A stretch of 63,294 nt of DNA, filler included, from Octopus bimaculoides (GCF_001194135.2; 7 parts of 6 records of this genome joined end to end with filler, not necessarily neighbours in it), one strand, 5' to 3'; positions 25,199-38,929 are shown, counted from the whole stretch's first letter. Notes: a model not told the origin generated them from the letters alone. Numbers and translations are program-made.

Positions 25199-27584
25199 CA
25201 ATTGTTCTGTACCGAGGAAGGGAAATTAGCCAGAAATAATTGGTCTGCAGGTATTGCTAAGGTTCGAGGGGGAGCATTACTGATGCAATTTTACACAAAC
25301 ATACATACAATCATGAACACATATAAACATACATATATTTACACACACACACATGCAGAAATAATTCCATTTACATACACACAAGTGTGTGTATGCAAAC
25401 ATTTGTTCACACACACACACACACACACAGATTTTGTCGGTAGCCAGCTGGAGAAGATGTTTTCCTGGGGCTAAACTGTAGTAATATCATCCTAAGCAGG
25501 ACAACCAGTTTACGTTGGCAAATAGACTTTACTTTACAGTATTGTTACTATATATTTCTTGCTCAGAAATACTGTTTTCCTCTTTGTTAGGAAGGGCATC
25601 CAGCTGTAGAAACTCTGCCAGATCAGATTGGAGCCTGGTGCAGCCATCCCGTTCACCAGTCCTCAGTCAAATCGTCCAACCCATACTAGCATGGAAAGCG
25701 GACGTTAAACGATGATGATGATAATGATGATATATAAATGTTCCGTTTTTTAAAATATTTTTTTAATTTCAAAGCACTAGAAAAGTATCAACAGTCAACA
25801 TAGAATAATTGTTTACAAATTATTTACACAAATTAAATTAAATACAGACACATACACAGCTTCATTCATATGAAATGTTCTTTTTTGATATTTAACATGA
25901 TGATGGTGGTGGCAGTGATGATGATGATGACGATGAAAAATTTTAGTAAAAACCACCAAAGATGTTAGTTTTTGTGTCTTAATTTTTCTTTTTAACCAAA
26001 AAAAAAAAAAAAAAAAAAAAAAAGAAGAATGAAGGACATTCAACATGAAATAATTACATGTAAGACATAAAGTAGTCAATTATAAGTACAGGAAAATTAA
26101 TCAAAATATACAATTATTACTGATGCAATTTTACACAAACATACATACAATCATGAACACATATAAACATACATATATTTACACACACACACACACATGC
26201 AGAAATAATTCCATTTACATACACACAAGTGTGTGTATGCAAACATTTTTGTTCATACACACACAGACTTTGTTCGTTAACAAAGGTTAATGCCTTCCAT
26301 TTGAGCTTATCGTCCCATGAGGCTTAATGGCTTATCCAAATTTCTAAAGCTGTTAGGCGACTAAGAGTAGCTGACAATTCCCCTGAATAGGAAGCTAACC
26401 CACCACAGGGTAACTCCCAGCTCCTCCAGGCACGCATTTTCAGCTAACATGAAATGAAGTGCCTTGCTCAAGGACGCAATCAACTGCCCGTTTCAAGAAT
26501 GGAATTCACAAACTGATGTTCTTTCACTGCAATCAAAGATGTTAAGGTTTAAAACAACTCAAACAGTTTGAAGAATCTTCTGGATGTCTTTGAGTATTCA
26601 AGAATGTTGGGACTGCCAAGCCATGGCTTCAAGACTGAGAATAACATTGTTTTTAAATATAGCTTCACTTCCTTTTTTTTTTTAATGGCAGAAAAAATAG
26701 AACAAAAACAAAAAATCCAATTGGAGTGTTTAGAATCACAGATGTTGAGTCTTTTTTTTTTTTTTAAATTCCAAGTCTTTCTGAGAGTCAAGAGTCTCAT
26801 GAAGAAACAAAAGTCAACTATAAAATACAAGAGTCATCTGTTGTGCAACTGAAATATCTCATCACCAATTGGAAGGATGACTTTTAAACCATCATCATCA
26901 TCATCCTTTGGATATTGTTGCCGCAAGTCCTGGGACTCATAGGGATGGTCACCCAGTTTATATAAACAACCGGGATCAGAGTATTCTGCCCTGAAGTGGA
27001 CACCAGTCTGTGGCAGGGTGATCCATTTACAGCTGAATGGACTGGGGCAGTGTGAAATGAAGGGTTTTTGCTCAAGAACACAACATACCATCCAGTCTGG
27101 GAATTGAAACCACAATCTCACAATTGTGACTAAAAAACCGTAACCACTCAGCCATGTGCCTTCACTGACTTGTAAATGGTACCTTGAAAACAGGTGTGTA
27201 ATTAATATTTTGGTCAAAGATTGAGATTTACTTTTCAATTTTCTTTTCTTTAACTAACCACAAAAAAAAAAAAGAAAAGAAACTGATATATGTTATAACA
27301 TTGTTAATGTCTCATCCGTAATATTGTTATATATATTTGGCAACAAAGCTAAATAAACGACAGCTGTTCTCAAAATACTTTTCACAAAGCTATTTTCAGT
27401 TGCAGATTTTCTCCAATTACCATATTTGAAAGCACATAAGATGCACTTCTTTCCAAAAAAATGTCTCCTAAAATCACCCAGGGTCTTTTTCTGAATAGGT
27501 GCATCAAATAAACGGGTGTCATCAAATCCATCAAATACAGTATTTGTGGGAGGGACGAGATGCAGGGTGGTGAGATTGTAAGGT

Positions 27585-30500
27585 TTATGAGAGGAACGAG
27601 CTCTTCAATTTTGGTACTGGCATATAACCAAGCTTACTCGAGCTTGCTGATTTCGAACTTTTGTTCATTTGTGAATATTGAAATTTCTTTAAAGAATTCT
27701 TCGCTGTAGTGGAAGCAGCCTTGAATGCTGTGCTTCGTTTTAAAGGTGAAGATCTCTTTGTAGTTTTTCTCCCCTTCTTTCTCTTGTAGGTGCCCTTTCG
27801 ACGAACTGGTTGTTTCCTTTTGATGCTGTTGGCTGAGAAAGTATTTGAAGAATTCCAAGCGAAATACGGGGACTCCCACTCGTCGCTGAAATCCACCGAC
27901 TGCACTGAGGAACTGTGGGTGTTGAGATTGGAATAAAGCATGCAGTACTTGTTGGTAATCTCAAGGAAGCGTTCAGCATTGTACTTGGCAATCTTCTGCA
28001 TAGTGAGGCCGTCGATCTTCTCCTGCATCTCATCAATAGTTAGCGGGACTTCGGTAGCCATGGAGAGTAGCATCGGATTGGGAAACACAGATGCGTAGTT
28101 GTGGATGTGTCTCTCTTGAGCAATTTGTTTGGCTAATTCCAGCAACTCTTGGTAGCAATCATCCAAAAGTTTCTTCTTGTCTGTTACAACCTCGGTGTCG
28201 ACATCGGTGACGACAGTCTTCTTGCCACTATGCACAGGTAGGTTTATTTTCAATTTGTTCATCATCACCTCTTTAGCCCGTGCTCCAAGTTTGACGTAAC
28301 ACACAGTGTGGTCCATTGCTGTGACTGTCAGTTCTTCTCTGAGGATTGTGTCAATAACTAGTTTACGTAGTAACCTGGTGGCATCTTGTGACAAGTAGCT
28401 TTGGCCTCTTCCATGTAAGGAATGCTCATCATGGCCCAGATTTAAGACACCCTTATTACGAGAACCTCGAAACACATCTGTCAGGTAAATAAGAGTACAA
28501 TTTAATTTACGGTCATGGCACATGTCCTTGACAAAGCGTATGATCTCTTTCACGTCGTCAGTGACATCACGAACATGGAAAGTAGTTTTCGATGAACAGT
28601 TATCACAAATAGCTCCAGGAAATTCATTACATATCTCAGTGTTGAAATTATATTCACCGAAATACTGCAGCAACTGACCTCTCCGACAGTCTGCCTTGTT
28701 CTCACAATAGCGCACCATTTGGTAGAGGTTGTCTATGTGAACTTTCTTGGATTCGTATGTACAGTTCCTGTCCAGGTCGATCATCCGACGCAATCGTTTC
28801 ACATCCTGATAATTGTAGAAGAGCGTGCAAGACGCCAAAAGGCCATCACGCCCTGCTCGGCCAGATTCTTGATAATATCCTTCGACAGACTTTGGCATTG
28901 AGAAATGAATGACAAAACGCACATCAGGCTTGTCTATACCCATTCCAAATGCAATGGTTGCACAAATGACTTTCCAAATATCATTCAACCAACCTTCCTG
29001 AGTCTGAGCCCTCTGGCTGTCCAAAAGACCAGCATGGTAAGCAATGGCTTTTATTCCTCTCTTGCTCAAATTCTTCGCTACTTCATCACACTCTTTGCGA
29101 GACAAGCAGTACACGATGCCACTCTGGTTTCTAAACTTGGATTTAATTAATTCAGCAATTTCATCAGTTGTGGATTTGGGTTTCTTCTCTGCAAGGCTAA
29201 ACTTCAAATTGGGTCGGTTGAAGCTTTTCACAAACCACTTTGGAGACTTCATGTGGAGTTGGTGTATAATATCTTTTCGGACGCGAAGAGTGGCTGTGGC
29301 TGTCAGAGCCATCATGGGGACATGCGGAAATTTGTCTCTGAGCATATACAAGCGTTTGTAATCAGGTCGAAAATCATGCCCCCACTGGCTGACGCAATGT
29401 GCTTCGTCGACAACGAATCGACTGAGTAAGCCACGAGCGTTAAGGTTTTCAAACAACGTCATTAACTTGGTGCTGCTGGAGATTTTCTCTGGTGTGACAT
29501 ATACAAGTTTTAGAGGTGGTTCTTTCATGGATAGCTGCATATATACAGAATCAGAGTCTTTCAAGCTTACATCACCAGATAATGATGCAGCTGGAATGTC
29601 TAACGATAAAAGCCGCTCAACTTGATCCATTATCAGGGCTCGCAAAGGCGATATCACAATGCTAACTCCGTTACTAATCAGTGCTGGCAGCTGGTAACAG
29701 AGACTCTTACCGCCACCTGTTGGCATTAAAATGAAACAATCGTGATTAAGTAAGGATGCATTGATGGCTTGCAACTGAGAACCTCGGAATTTCTTCAAGC
29801 CAAACACTTGTCGAAACATCGTCAACATGTCGTCACTGTGTGGGAAATGGAAACCATCGAATTCTGATGATTTGCCGTAAATTTCCTCATCGTCAGATGC
29901 AGATTTCATGGGTTCACTTTGGGAGAGGGCCGATTTAAAAACAGGGCTTGGAGGGGGACTCTTTTTAAGAATATCACTGAGTTTTTGGTTCTCCCTATTG
30001 CGAACTGGAGATAGCATTCCCGAACTAGTGATTCTGTCGTTATCAAAGTTTGATGTTTCTGGTAAAGAAAAATTATCGGAACTTGACCTTCTCTGAAACG
30101 AGTTTTGAACAGCTGAAACGGAATGGTTGTCAGGTTTACTTTTGGAGCTGCTGTCTGAGAGTTTGTAACCAAACTGGAAATTCGACTCTTCATCAACAGA
30201 TGCTATAAGATCATCAGCATCAACATCCGAGAAACCGTCTTCATGACTAAAAGAGTCATCATTAATGCTGATTTCGTTGTTGTTATTATTATTGACAACA
30301 TCATGAGACTCATTAAATTTCGACACAGAAGGAGACATTGAAGTAGAGTTTTTCATGTTTCTATCAAGTGAATTTGGCACAGGAGTGGAATGGCTGGGAT
30401 TTTCATCAAAGAAACTGTCCCCGCACGGAATATGAGAATTGATTACTTTTGCTTTCGAAGGCACAGACAATGGTGAGCTTACCTTGGAAGTCAAGAGACG

Positions 30501-31979
30501 TTTCACAAGGGATGTTTTATTTGATGGTGTAGTCTTGTTAACATCTGGCTCATTCTTATTTTTCTTTGGAGATAGTGTTTTGGCTGGCTTAGTCTTGTCT
30601 TTGAGTAGTTTCCGCGTGAGAAGCAGATGCTGCAAACGCTTGTAATCTTTGAACGCAACATTGATAAGATCAGCTGAAGGGATTTTACTGATAATATCAC
30701 AAACTTCATCCATCGTCATGAACAACAGGATTCTGAGATTGTTGATGTCTTCTTTGGTCAATGATTCCTTTTGCAGCAGTGGGTTTGCTGTGACGTCATC
30801 AAGTTGTTGTTTAAGATTCGATGACTGTGAAGAGGAAGCAGTTGATTCGCTAGCAACAGGGGAACGAGGGGTTTTCTTCATTCGAGAGGCCAATGGAGTT
30901 TTCACAGGTGAATCAAAACTGGATATTTTTGGGTCTCCTTCATTTCGTTTATCACCGCCACCATCAACTTCATCATCATCACTCGATACAACACGGTTCT
31001 TTCGCCGCTTCTTAGGCTTGCACACGATTTCAGTATCATCGTCGACATCACTATCTGGAACCATGATGACGCTGGTGCTGTATTTTGTCTTTGGGGTCTC
31101 TGGTTTCTTTGAAGCGGAGAATTTAGAAGAGTTAGGTCTTGCAGGAGATGAAGTGATGGAAGACGGTTTTGAAGTAGTGTTTGGTGGAAGCGAGGGTACA
31201 TGAAGGGGTGCCTTCTTTCTATTGATAACAGGCGAAACTGCAAAGCTATCGTCGAAATCATCATCATCCTCATTTTTATCACAGTGATGGTCAGGAAGAA
31301 CCAGGCTGTTCGATTTTGGTTTCGCATTGTTTTTGCTTTGCTCGTCGCTACCCAGCTTTCGTTTGGTTGATGAAGTCGGTTGCGCACTCTGTGGCGAAAT
31401 GATTGGTCGAGGGCTAACAGCCTGAATCGGTTTCAGATTGGCCAGCGGCAAATTAGACAAGAAACTGCTCATTGTTTTTTGAACGGGCTTCGGTTCTTTT
31501 GACAAGGACGACGAACCGACATGAGCAGCAGAAGTGACGGTGGACGAATTGACGCAAGATGGTTTGCTCTCCAACGACAAAGGCTGCTTAATCGCCATCG
31601 ATTTGTCTGCATTTGTCATCGCTGGTGCTGTTGACGAGCGATTGAGTTTTGGTAGTAAATTAATAATCGAAGAAGCTGAACGAACCGACGTGTTTGTCGC
31701 GGTGGAAGCTGACAATGGAGTTTGGATTTTATCACAAACATTGCTAGTATCAAATCTATCCGAACAATTGGAAAGTTGGTTACTTACAACGTTATTTGGC
31801 GTAGAATTGGTGGTAGTAATGTCTGTACCTCTGCTGTAGCTACTACTAGTATTGGTCGATGGGTCGCGAGAAGGAAGATTTAGCAGACACGAGATAGAAG
31901 ACGACGGTTTCTGTAAACTCGAAGTCCGTTTGAACTTGAAACCACTTTTATGAACGTATTTGGAATTATTTTCGTCCAT
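27585..31979 (-). CDS. BLM: Bloom syndrome RecQ helicase, single uninterrupted ORF, 1464 aa
   Basis: N-terminal [10 protein letters not shown] (compare vertebrate BLM SGFTFKKKTS); BDHCT-like helix [17 protein letters not shown]...LLLTRKLL; FPHS...FGLKKFR...[14 protein letters not shown]; [19 protein letters not shown]; [19 protein letters not shown]; [10 protein letters not shown]; RQC Zn site CEN...CRR...C...CDNC; HRDC; basic C-terminal NLS-like tract. First in-frame ATG at 31979, stop TAA at 27587-27585. Confidence 0.97.
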   Translation of the reverse strand: MDENNSKYVHKSGFKFKRTSSLQKPSSSISCLLNLPSRDPSTNTSSSYSRGTDITTTNSTPNNVVSNQLSNCSDRFDTSNVCDKIQTPLSASTATNTSVRSASSIINLLPKLNRSSTAPAMTNADKSMAIKQPLSLESKPSCVNSSTVTSAAHVGSSSLSKEPKPVQKTMSSFLSNLPLANLKPIQAVSPRPIISPQSAQPTSSTKRKLGSDEQSKNNAKPKSNSLVLPDHHCDKNEDDDDFDDSFAVSPVINRKKAPLHVPSLPPNTTSKPSSITSSPARPNSSKFSASKKPETPKTKYSTSVIMVPDSDVDDDTEIVCKPKKRRKNRVVSSDDDEVDGGGDKRNEGDPKISSFDSPVKTPLASRMKKTPRSPVASESTASSSQSSNLKQQLDDVTANPLLQKESLTKEDINNLRILLFMTMDEVCDIISKIPSADLINVAFKDYKRLQHLLLTRKLLKDKTKPAKTLSPKKNKNEPDVNKTTPSNKTSLVKRLLTSKVSSPLSVPSKAKVINSHIPCGDSFFDENPSHSTPVPNSLDRNMKNSTSMSPSVSKFNESHDVVNNNNNNEISINDDSFSHEDGFSDVDADDLIASVDEESNFQFGYKLSDSSSKSKPDNHSVSAVQNSFQRRSSSDNFSLPETSNFDNDRITSSGMLSPVRNRENQKLSDILKKSPPPSPVFKSALSQSEPMKSASDDEEIYGKSSEFDGFHFPHSDDMLTMFRQVFGLKKFRGSQLQAINASLLNHDCFILMPTGGGKSLCYQLPALISNGVSIVISPLRALIMDQVERLLSLDIPAASLSGDVSLKDSDSVYMQLSMKEPPLKLVYVTPEKISSSTKLMTLFENLNARGLLSRFVVDEAHCVSQWGHDFRPDYKRLYMLRDKFPHVPMMALTATATLRVRKDIIHQLHMKSPKWFVKSFNRPNLKFSLAEKKPKSTTDEIAELIKSKFRNQSGIVYCLSRKECDEVAKNLSKRGIKAIAYHAGLLDSQRAQTQEGWLNDIWKVICATIAFGMGIDKPDVRFVIHFSMPKSVEGYYQESGRAGRDGLLASCTLFYNYQDVKRLRRMIDLDRNCTYESKKVHIDNLYQMVRYCENKADCRRGQLLQYFGEYNFNTEICNEFPGAICDNCSSKTTFHVRDVTDDVKEIIRFVKDMCHDRKLNCTLIYLTDVFRGSRNKGVLNLGHDEHSLHGRGQSYLSQDATRLLRKLVIDTILREELTVTAMDHTVCYVKLGARAKEVMMNKLKINLPVHSGKKTVVTDVDTEVVTDKKKLLDDCYQELLELAKQIAQERHIHNYASVFPNPMLLSMATEVPLTIDEMQEKIDGLTMQKIAKYNAERFLEITNKYCMLYSNLNTHSSSVQSVDFSDEWESPYFAWNSSNTFSANSIKRKQPVRRKGTYKRKKGRKTTKRSSPLKRSTAFKAASTTAKNSLKKFQYSQMNKSSKSASSSKLGYMPVPKLKSSFLS

Positions 31980-32099
31980 TTTTGTTATATTTCTGTTTAA
32001 AGATGGAAAGGTTTTCAGAGTAAACGAATCCAGAGGGATCAAACTATCCTCCGATATCGCTACATAACATTGTTTATGAATGAAACACCAAAACACGGT

Positions 32100-32260
32100 T
32101 CCCGCTCTGTTGTTGTCCAACGAAACGGAAGTGGTTACTTCAAGGGGAATAATCTAAGAGTTTTGAGGATTACCTCCCTTCACTTATAAAACTTAGATTT
32201 GTTTCGCCCAAAGATTGGTCCGGGCCATGTCTAACTTAATAGCACCACCTGATTGGATTA
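32100..32260 (-). promoter_or_regulatory. Candidate BLM proximal promoter: ETS core, E2F-like site, two CCAAT boxes
   Basis: CGGAAGT at 32126-32132; TTTCGCCC at 32202-32209; ATTGG (CCAAT on minus) at 32214-32218 and 32252-32256. Motif matches only. Confidence 0.45.
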
Positions 32261-32704
32261 TCTAAATCCTTTTTACAGTCAAGTTTGCTCTATGGTCCAT
32301 TCAAGTAGTGAGTTTTTTTTATTAAAATCATTTAATGTCCCTTTTTCCAGGCTTGTATGGGTCGGACGGAGAGTTTTGAGGCAGATTTTCTATGACCAGA
32401 AGTTATTCTTGTTGCCAGCCTTCACCTGCTTCCAAGCAAGGTGATATTTCCCCATGGCCAGATATATTTTCAAAGAATAGGAATGATAACAAAAGTCAAC
32501 AAGCAGAGATCAGAGATCAATTATATATGAGTGTATATATGTATGTATGTATATATGTGTATNNNNNNNNNNNNNNNNNNNNNNNNNNNNNNNNNNNNNN
32601 NNNNNNTTAATTAATTAANNNNNNNNNNNNNNNNNNNNNNNNNNNNNNNNNNNNNNNNNNNNATACATTTTGTTTATTTGTTTCCGTCATAAGACTGCGG
32701 TCAT

Positions 32705-32801
<97 letters not shown>

Positions 32802-33624
32802 TAGTAGTAGCGGTAGTCGTAGTGGTGATGGTGGTAGTAGTAGTAGTTCTTGAAGAACTTTAGTCGAACGAATCAATCTTAGTATTTCTTTTTCTTTTTC
32901 TTGAAGCCTGATACTTATTCTGTCGGCTTTTTGCCGAACCGCTAGGTTACGGTGACGTAAACGCTAACACCGGTTGATAAGCGGTTGTGTGGGAGAAAAC
33001 ATACGCACAAACATACTCACACGTGCGCATGCACACACACACTCATACACCCTTCCACACACCCCTCCACACACACACACATACACACACATATATACGA
33101 CGGGCTTTTTTTTCAGTATTCGTCTACCAAATTCATTTACAAATGGTACCCCCGAGGCTCTAGTAGGAGACACTTACCCAAGGTGCCGTGCAGTGGGGAT
33201 GGACCCGGAACCGTGTGGTTGAGAAGTAAACAGATCTTTTCTGTTTGGCTGCACCTGAGGAAATTTCAAAGTTTAATGGAAATTTAATATTTGATGTATT
33301 GATGCAACTTTCCATGCCGAACGTCAGAGGATATTTAACTTTTTCCAGAAAATTAAAAAAAAAAATTTACAATGTTTAAAGTTTAATCATTTTTACCCAG
33401 TCAGTAAACAGGATTTGGAAGCTGTCATTTTGTGCGTGACAGTACGTGTTGTCAATTGTAAACAAATGAAATATTGGCGGAATTCTACTTTACGCACGCC
33501 ATAAAAAAACTTTTGTTGCGTGATTTAAGGCTTTTTTAGCTATTATTTTTAACATATCTCACAACCACCATTTAATAAGCGAAAAATGACCGCGTGAACA
33601 AGCAGCTTGGTAACAGCTTGGCTT

Positions 33625-33638
33625 GTTACTATGGAAAC
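33625..33638. promoter_or_regulatory. RFX X-box GTTACTATGGAAAC
   Basis: Matches GTYNCY-AT-RGNAAC. Lies in a unique CpG-containing stretch (33300-33700) that also has TTGGCGGAA. Confidence 0.5.
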
Positions 33639-33922
33639 AGGCATGAATGTGTCCGTGGCTTACGACTGGCTAAAATTACCCAAAATTTGCAAACTTTAAA
33701 AGCTCTTTTATCTCTTTTATCTCTTTTACTTGTTTCAGTCATTTAACTGTGACCATGCTGGAGCACCGCCTTTTAGTCGAGCAAATCGACCCCAGGACTT
33801 ATTCTTTATAAGCCTAGTACTTATTCTATCGGTCTCTTTTGCCGAACCACTAAGTTACGGGGACGTAAACACACCAGCATCGGTTGTCAAGCGATGTTGA
33901 GGGGACAAACACAGACACACAA

Positions 33923-33981
<59 letters not shown>

Positions 33982-34789
33982 CGACGGGCTTCTTTCAGTT
34001 TCCATCTACCAAATCCACTCACAAGGCTTTGGTCGGCCCGAGGCTATAGTAAAAGACACTCGCCCAAGATGCCATGCAGTGGGACTGAACCCGGAACCAT
34101 GTGGTTGGTAAGCAAGCTACTTACCACACAGCCACTAACTTTTTATTTATTGATTTATGGCGAAAATGAATTTTATGTCAATAATTGGCGCAGAAAATTA
34201 CATCTTTACACTTAATATAAATTCAATTGAAATTGAAATTGAAGAAACTGAAAAGTGACAGCCAAGCAGAAAAGACCCAAGCAAGCTTCTTACCACACAG
34301 CCACACCTACGCACATTCAAGTAAAACAATAGTAATACATTCAGGCATCTGTATGGCAGCTATATAGATACTAATATAACAGTATACCAGTATAACATAG
34401 CTGTATAACAACAAATATGGAGCAGTACCATTCCACGTCTTAAAGAGGGTCGTATTGGTCACGGCTGGAAAGCCTTTGTTTATTGATCTGTTTGACAAAG
34501 GCTGACGAAGATGAAAGAACAATAGCGACATCTGCAACAATAAACATATGCCAAAAGGAAACCTCCGCGTGGTCCTCTATCTGCAGAAAGAGCAGTTAAA
34601 TGTACCTCAAATCATAACTTGCCTTCTTAGAATTAGAAGGACATATTGGACAATGTCCTCCTTGATATAAAAAAGAAATATATTGCTACGACTGGATTTT
34701 TTCCGATCGTTGATTTATTAATCACAGCTGACCCGAAACTAAGCAACAATGGCCGCAGTGAACACTCTTAATTAGGACTCAAATCACAG

Positions 34790-35200
34790 TTAAAGAGCCT
34801 GTCCACACAGCTATATAGAACCTGTGATTGTAGAATTAGCAGGAATTGTGTCTTCAACAATAATTGCATTAGAAAGGAAGTAATATATCAATGTGTAGTA
34901 AGTACGCAATCTGGTAATAAGGTATATGTAGGAGCAACCCAGAATAATATGAAACATAGACTTAATCACCATAAATACACCTTTAGAAACAGAAATAGGA
35001 GAAATATGGAATTTAATATAACCTACATTGGTATAAAGAATAGGAAATCTATATTAAGTGCAAATGAAATTTTCTTCATGATTAAAGCCAACCTTCCGCT
35101 TGTTAATTCTCNNNNNNNNNNNNNNNNNNNNNNNNNNNNNNNNNNNNNNNATGAAATTTTCTTCATGATTAAAGCCAACCTTCCGCTTGTTAATTCTCTA
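34790..35200 (+). mobile_element. Penelope-like element, GIY-YIG endonuclease fragment
   Basis: CVFNNNCIRKEVIYQCVVSTQSGNKVYVGATQNNMKHRLNHHKYTFRN: VIY...VYVG plus R-x-x-H pattern of the PLE GIY-YIG domain. Confidence 0.8.
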
Positions 35201-35419
35201 ATGAAATGTTTCCTGCCTTCACAAGACCAAGCACACTTTTTCTAAATACCATTAGTACTAGTTATTTACCCCCCGCCACTAGTACAAGTGCTCCTCCTTA
35301 TTCGTATCATAGTAACAGTATTCCTATTATCAATACCTTCTTGTACATGGTTACCATATAATGTTCACCATATCCCCCTATGGCGCTTTATGCCCTGGTT
35401 CTTCTCACCCTAACTAGTA

Positions 35420-35812
35420 TGTGATTTACCTTTTCCAAGTAGGTATTTGCATATACTTTTGAGTGTATGTATGTATGTATGTATGTATGTATGTATGTAC
35501 GAATGTATGCTGCGTGTGCGGATGTATATACGTATGTCTACATGTATGTGTGTATCTATATATGCGTGTCTGCGCACATATAAGTACATACGATTGTGAC
35601 CCTATTTCTGTGTGTGTAAGTATTTGTAGGTGTAGGGCCTTGTATGTATAGGTGAATACGTATATTGTGTCTGTATGTATGAGTGTGCATTCTTTGAGTG
35701 TATATATATATATATATACATATATGTATGTGTGTGTGTATGTGTGTATGTGTGTATGTATATATGTATGGGTGAGTATGTTTGTGTATATATATATGTA
35801 TGTGTATGTATG

Positions 35813-35873
<61 letters not shown>

Positions 35874-36260
35874 ATGTGTATGTGTGTGTGTATATATATA
35901 CACATATTTGTGTGTGTGTATATATATAAGGCTTATATAGAGATAAGTATGGGCATGTGTATGTATGCATATATGCACATTTATATGGGTATATATGAGA
36001 GACTGTAAGAACCCATATGTTCTTGGATGTTTGCACATATATGTATCCATAATTGGGGAAATGGATATATACATGTGAGCACTGGTGTGGAGATAAGTGT
36101 GTGGGTAAGGGCTAGCATGGATTTGTATGTATATAATCGTGTACACACATGGATATCGGTGTGAATATATACCTGATTGGTATTAGTATAGATATATTTG
36201 TATGTAGCTGGAGTATGAGTATAAACAGGTACAAATAGTAATATCCTATCGTTTGTGTCT
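35420..36260. repeat. (TA)n/(TG)n/(TATG)n microsatellite block
   Basis: Read directly from the sequence. Confidence 0.9.
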
Positions 36261-38264
36261 ACCAATGGTATGTTACTCTATACTCCTACTAGGAATACTC
36301 TACATAAACATGGCTTACACACAATGGCTAAGAATCCCTCCTGTATGAACCTTATGAACCTTTGGAAAATTCACGCGGGACTAGTTTATCATACATACTA
36401 GCACTTAGTAATTAAAATGCACCCTAGAAATGAGCAGAGTAATAATAATAATTATAGTAATATAGCACACTGTCCACTAGCTTAAATTATAAATATAAAC
36501 CATTATGTACAATCGGATAATTGAGTACAATATAATGAAATCTACTGTAGATAAATTATCTAATACATCGTAATAGATGGATGCCTACACACCATAGTTG
36601 ACACCCTTAAGCGAACACAAATACCTCCAATTTGCATCTGCAACTGATATTACCGCTTCCCTTAGACCTAAATTGAGTACCATTCCAATACGGAATTAAT
36701 TAATTAATTAATTAAAGTAGCTAGAAATAATCGGGTTACCCCAACCCCCACCCCTTTAGCTATACACAGAATCACCGATAGCGGTAAATATATATATATA
36801 TATTCATGTAAATATTTTCTTCAAACTACCCCTTTTAAATAAAACACTTAACTTAATAATTTAATACTATAACACAGTGCCATTCCTCTAATACTTTATA
36901 TCTAATATTCTATATTTTACTAGTATAAGTTTTAGCACTAAATAACTATAAGTTAGCGAAACAAACAACCACTACCCTTTCGGTCCGGTCCACTTTTGTC
37001 TTATTCACGAAATCCTCCTCCTTCTTCTGCCTTCCGACAACAATGAATCCCCTATCCAGCTCCTTTATTACGTTTAACCATTTACAGTAGATTCCCCCGA
37101 TAGACAGATATATGTTTTATATTTTTATATTTTTATACGTTTATACTCTTTTACTTTTCTTATGCTGTCTTTTACGATCCTCTGCTCTTCGTCCTATTAT
37201 TTTAGTTATCGCACTTACTCACTTATTTGCTTGTTTTTAATTCTATTTTGCTCTTTTACTTGCCCATACCGGCAATGGTTTATATATTTGTTTGATTTCT
37301 TTTTGTCTTATCTCTTAACCATCAACGAACTGGAAACACGTCATGGTTTTCAAAAAATAGCTGACCAATTAGGTTGTAAGACTGACCATGACCCCCACCC
37401 CACTACACATAAGGATTCAGAGACTTGTTGATCAGCAAAAAAATAACGAACACTAACACCGAACTTTAGTCACCACCTGTTCCTTACTCTCATTAGTACA
37501 CTTATATACCAAATTTTCCCATGATGGGTTCACCATCATAGGTTACTTATGCCATACCATCCGCAATGTTGCACCTACTAGCTGGCACTTTACATATGAA
37601 CTTTCACCTCCGTAACACGGACCCTACCTTCAAATCAACCACTGTATTTCTATGTAAACATGTGAATTTCTATGTAAACATAATGCGAACTACTGCCTAA
37701 ATTCACCCTTCCGAAAAACTCCTCCCAAGAACGACTATACTCGCCTATCCACCATTGGACGAAGTAACATGGATCCTGGAATACATCACGCGAAGTTTGT
37801 AGCTTATTTCCCCGTCTCTATACCTAATTCATTTTAATAAGTTATACTTCTTTCACAGCCTCAGGTCTGCTCCTATTCTTTTTCTGCCCTTTTTCATAAT
37901 GACAAATACACTGTACCTATTGGTTACTGTTTATTATATGTATTATCCCTCTTAACAACTTCAACCTTCTGAAGAAGCCAAGAGGCAAACTCATCATCCA
38001 AACTTTATTTGCCCATCCCTACTGAACACTAAAGAGATGGAGATGGGATGGAGGATTTCGTTGCCTCTTGACAGAAACGGCCGTAAGGAACTGATCTTTT
38101 GCTCTTTTCTGTAATATTAATACATGTCTGTGTAACACATAGTTACTACATGGGTACGTTTTCCTCTAATACTTTCTAATGCTTTGGAATAAATAGACAC
38201 ACTGGAATGTCTACCAGCTGATGTATGTCGTTTTGTATCCTCTCCATTTTCTTATTTGCCGTAA

Positions 38265-38328
<64 letters not shown>

Positions 38329-38358
38329 CTATACACACACACGCATATATATATACAT

Positions 38359-38390
<32 letters not shown>

Positions 38391-38781
38391 NNNNNNNNNN
38401 NNNNNNNNNNNNNNNNNNNNNNNNNNNNNNNNNNTTAATTAATTAANNNNNNNNNNNNNNNNNNNNNNNNNNNNNNNNNNNNNNNNNNNNTATATATATA
38501 TATATATACATATATATACATATATAACGATGCGTCCTGCCCTAACTCTTCGAAACGCCAGTGTTTTAATGGTGGCAGCTGATGAAGAATATGTCCTCTA
38601 TGTGGCCTGCTTGTTTTTTGTACCTTGTTTATCATTTTGTCTATGTTTTTTTGCAACGTCATGTACCAAATATGTATCTATATTTACATGTAGATGAAGG
38701 TATGTACATACATGTACATATGTATGCATATACTCATATATTGTTTATATATATATATATACATACATACATACATACATA

Positions 38782-38830
<49 letters not shown>

Positions 38831-38840
38831 NNNNNNNNNN

Positions 38841-38882
<42 letters not shown>

Positions 38883-38929
38883 ATGTATGTATGTATGTAT
38901 TTATACGACTGTAGTACACGAACGTTCAT

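Noticed and set aside
28719-31839. Plus-strand ORFs up to 184 aa opposite BLM (for example 30649-31203, 29044-29361)
   Set aside because: Antisense shadows of the BLM codon pattern; no recognisable domains.
31980-32120. 47-aa TTG-initiated N-terminal extension of BLM in the ORF track
   Set aside because: Non-ATG start with no BLM similarity; the region looks like 5' UTR or intron. ATG 31979 is preferred.
35064-35198. 48-bp exact repeat on both sides of a 39-N gap
   Set aside because: Unmerged contig overlap.
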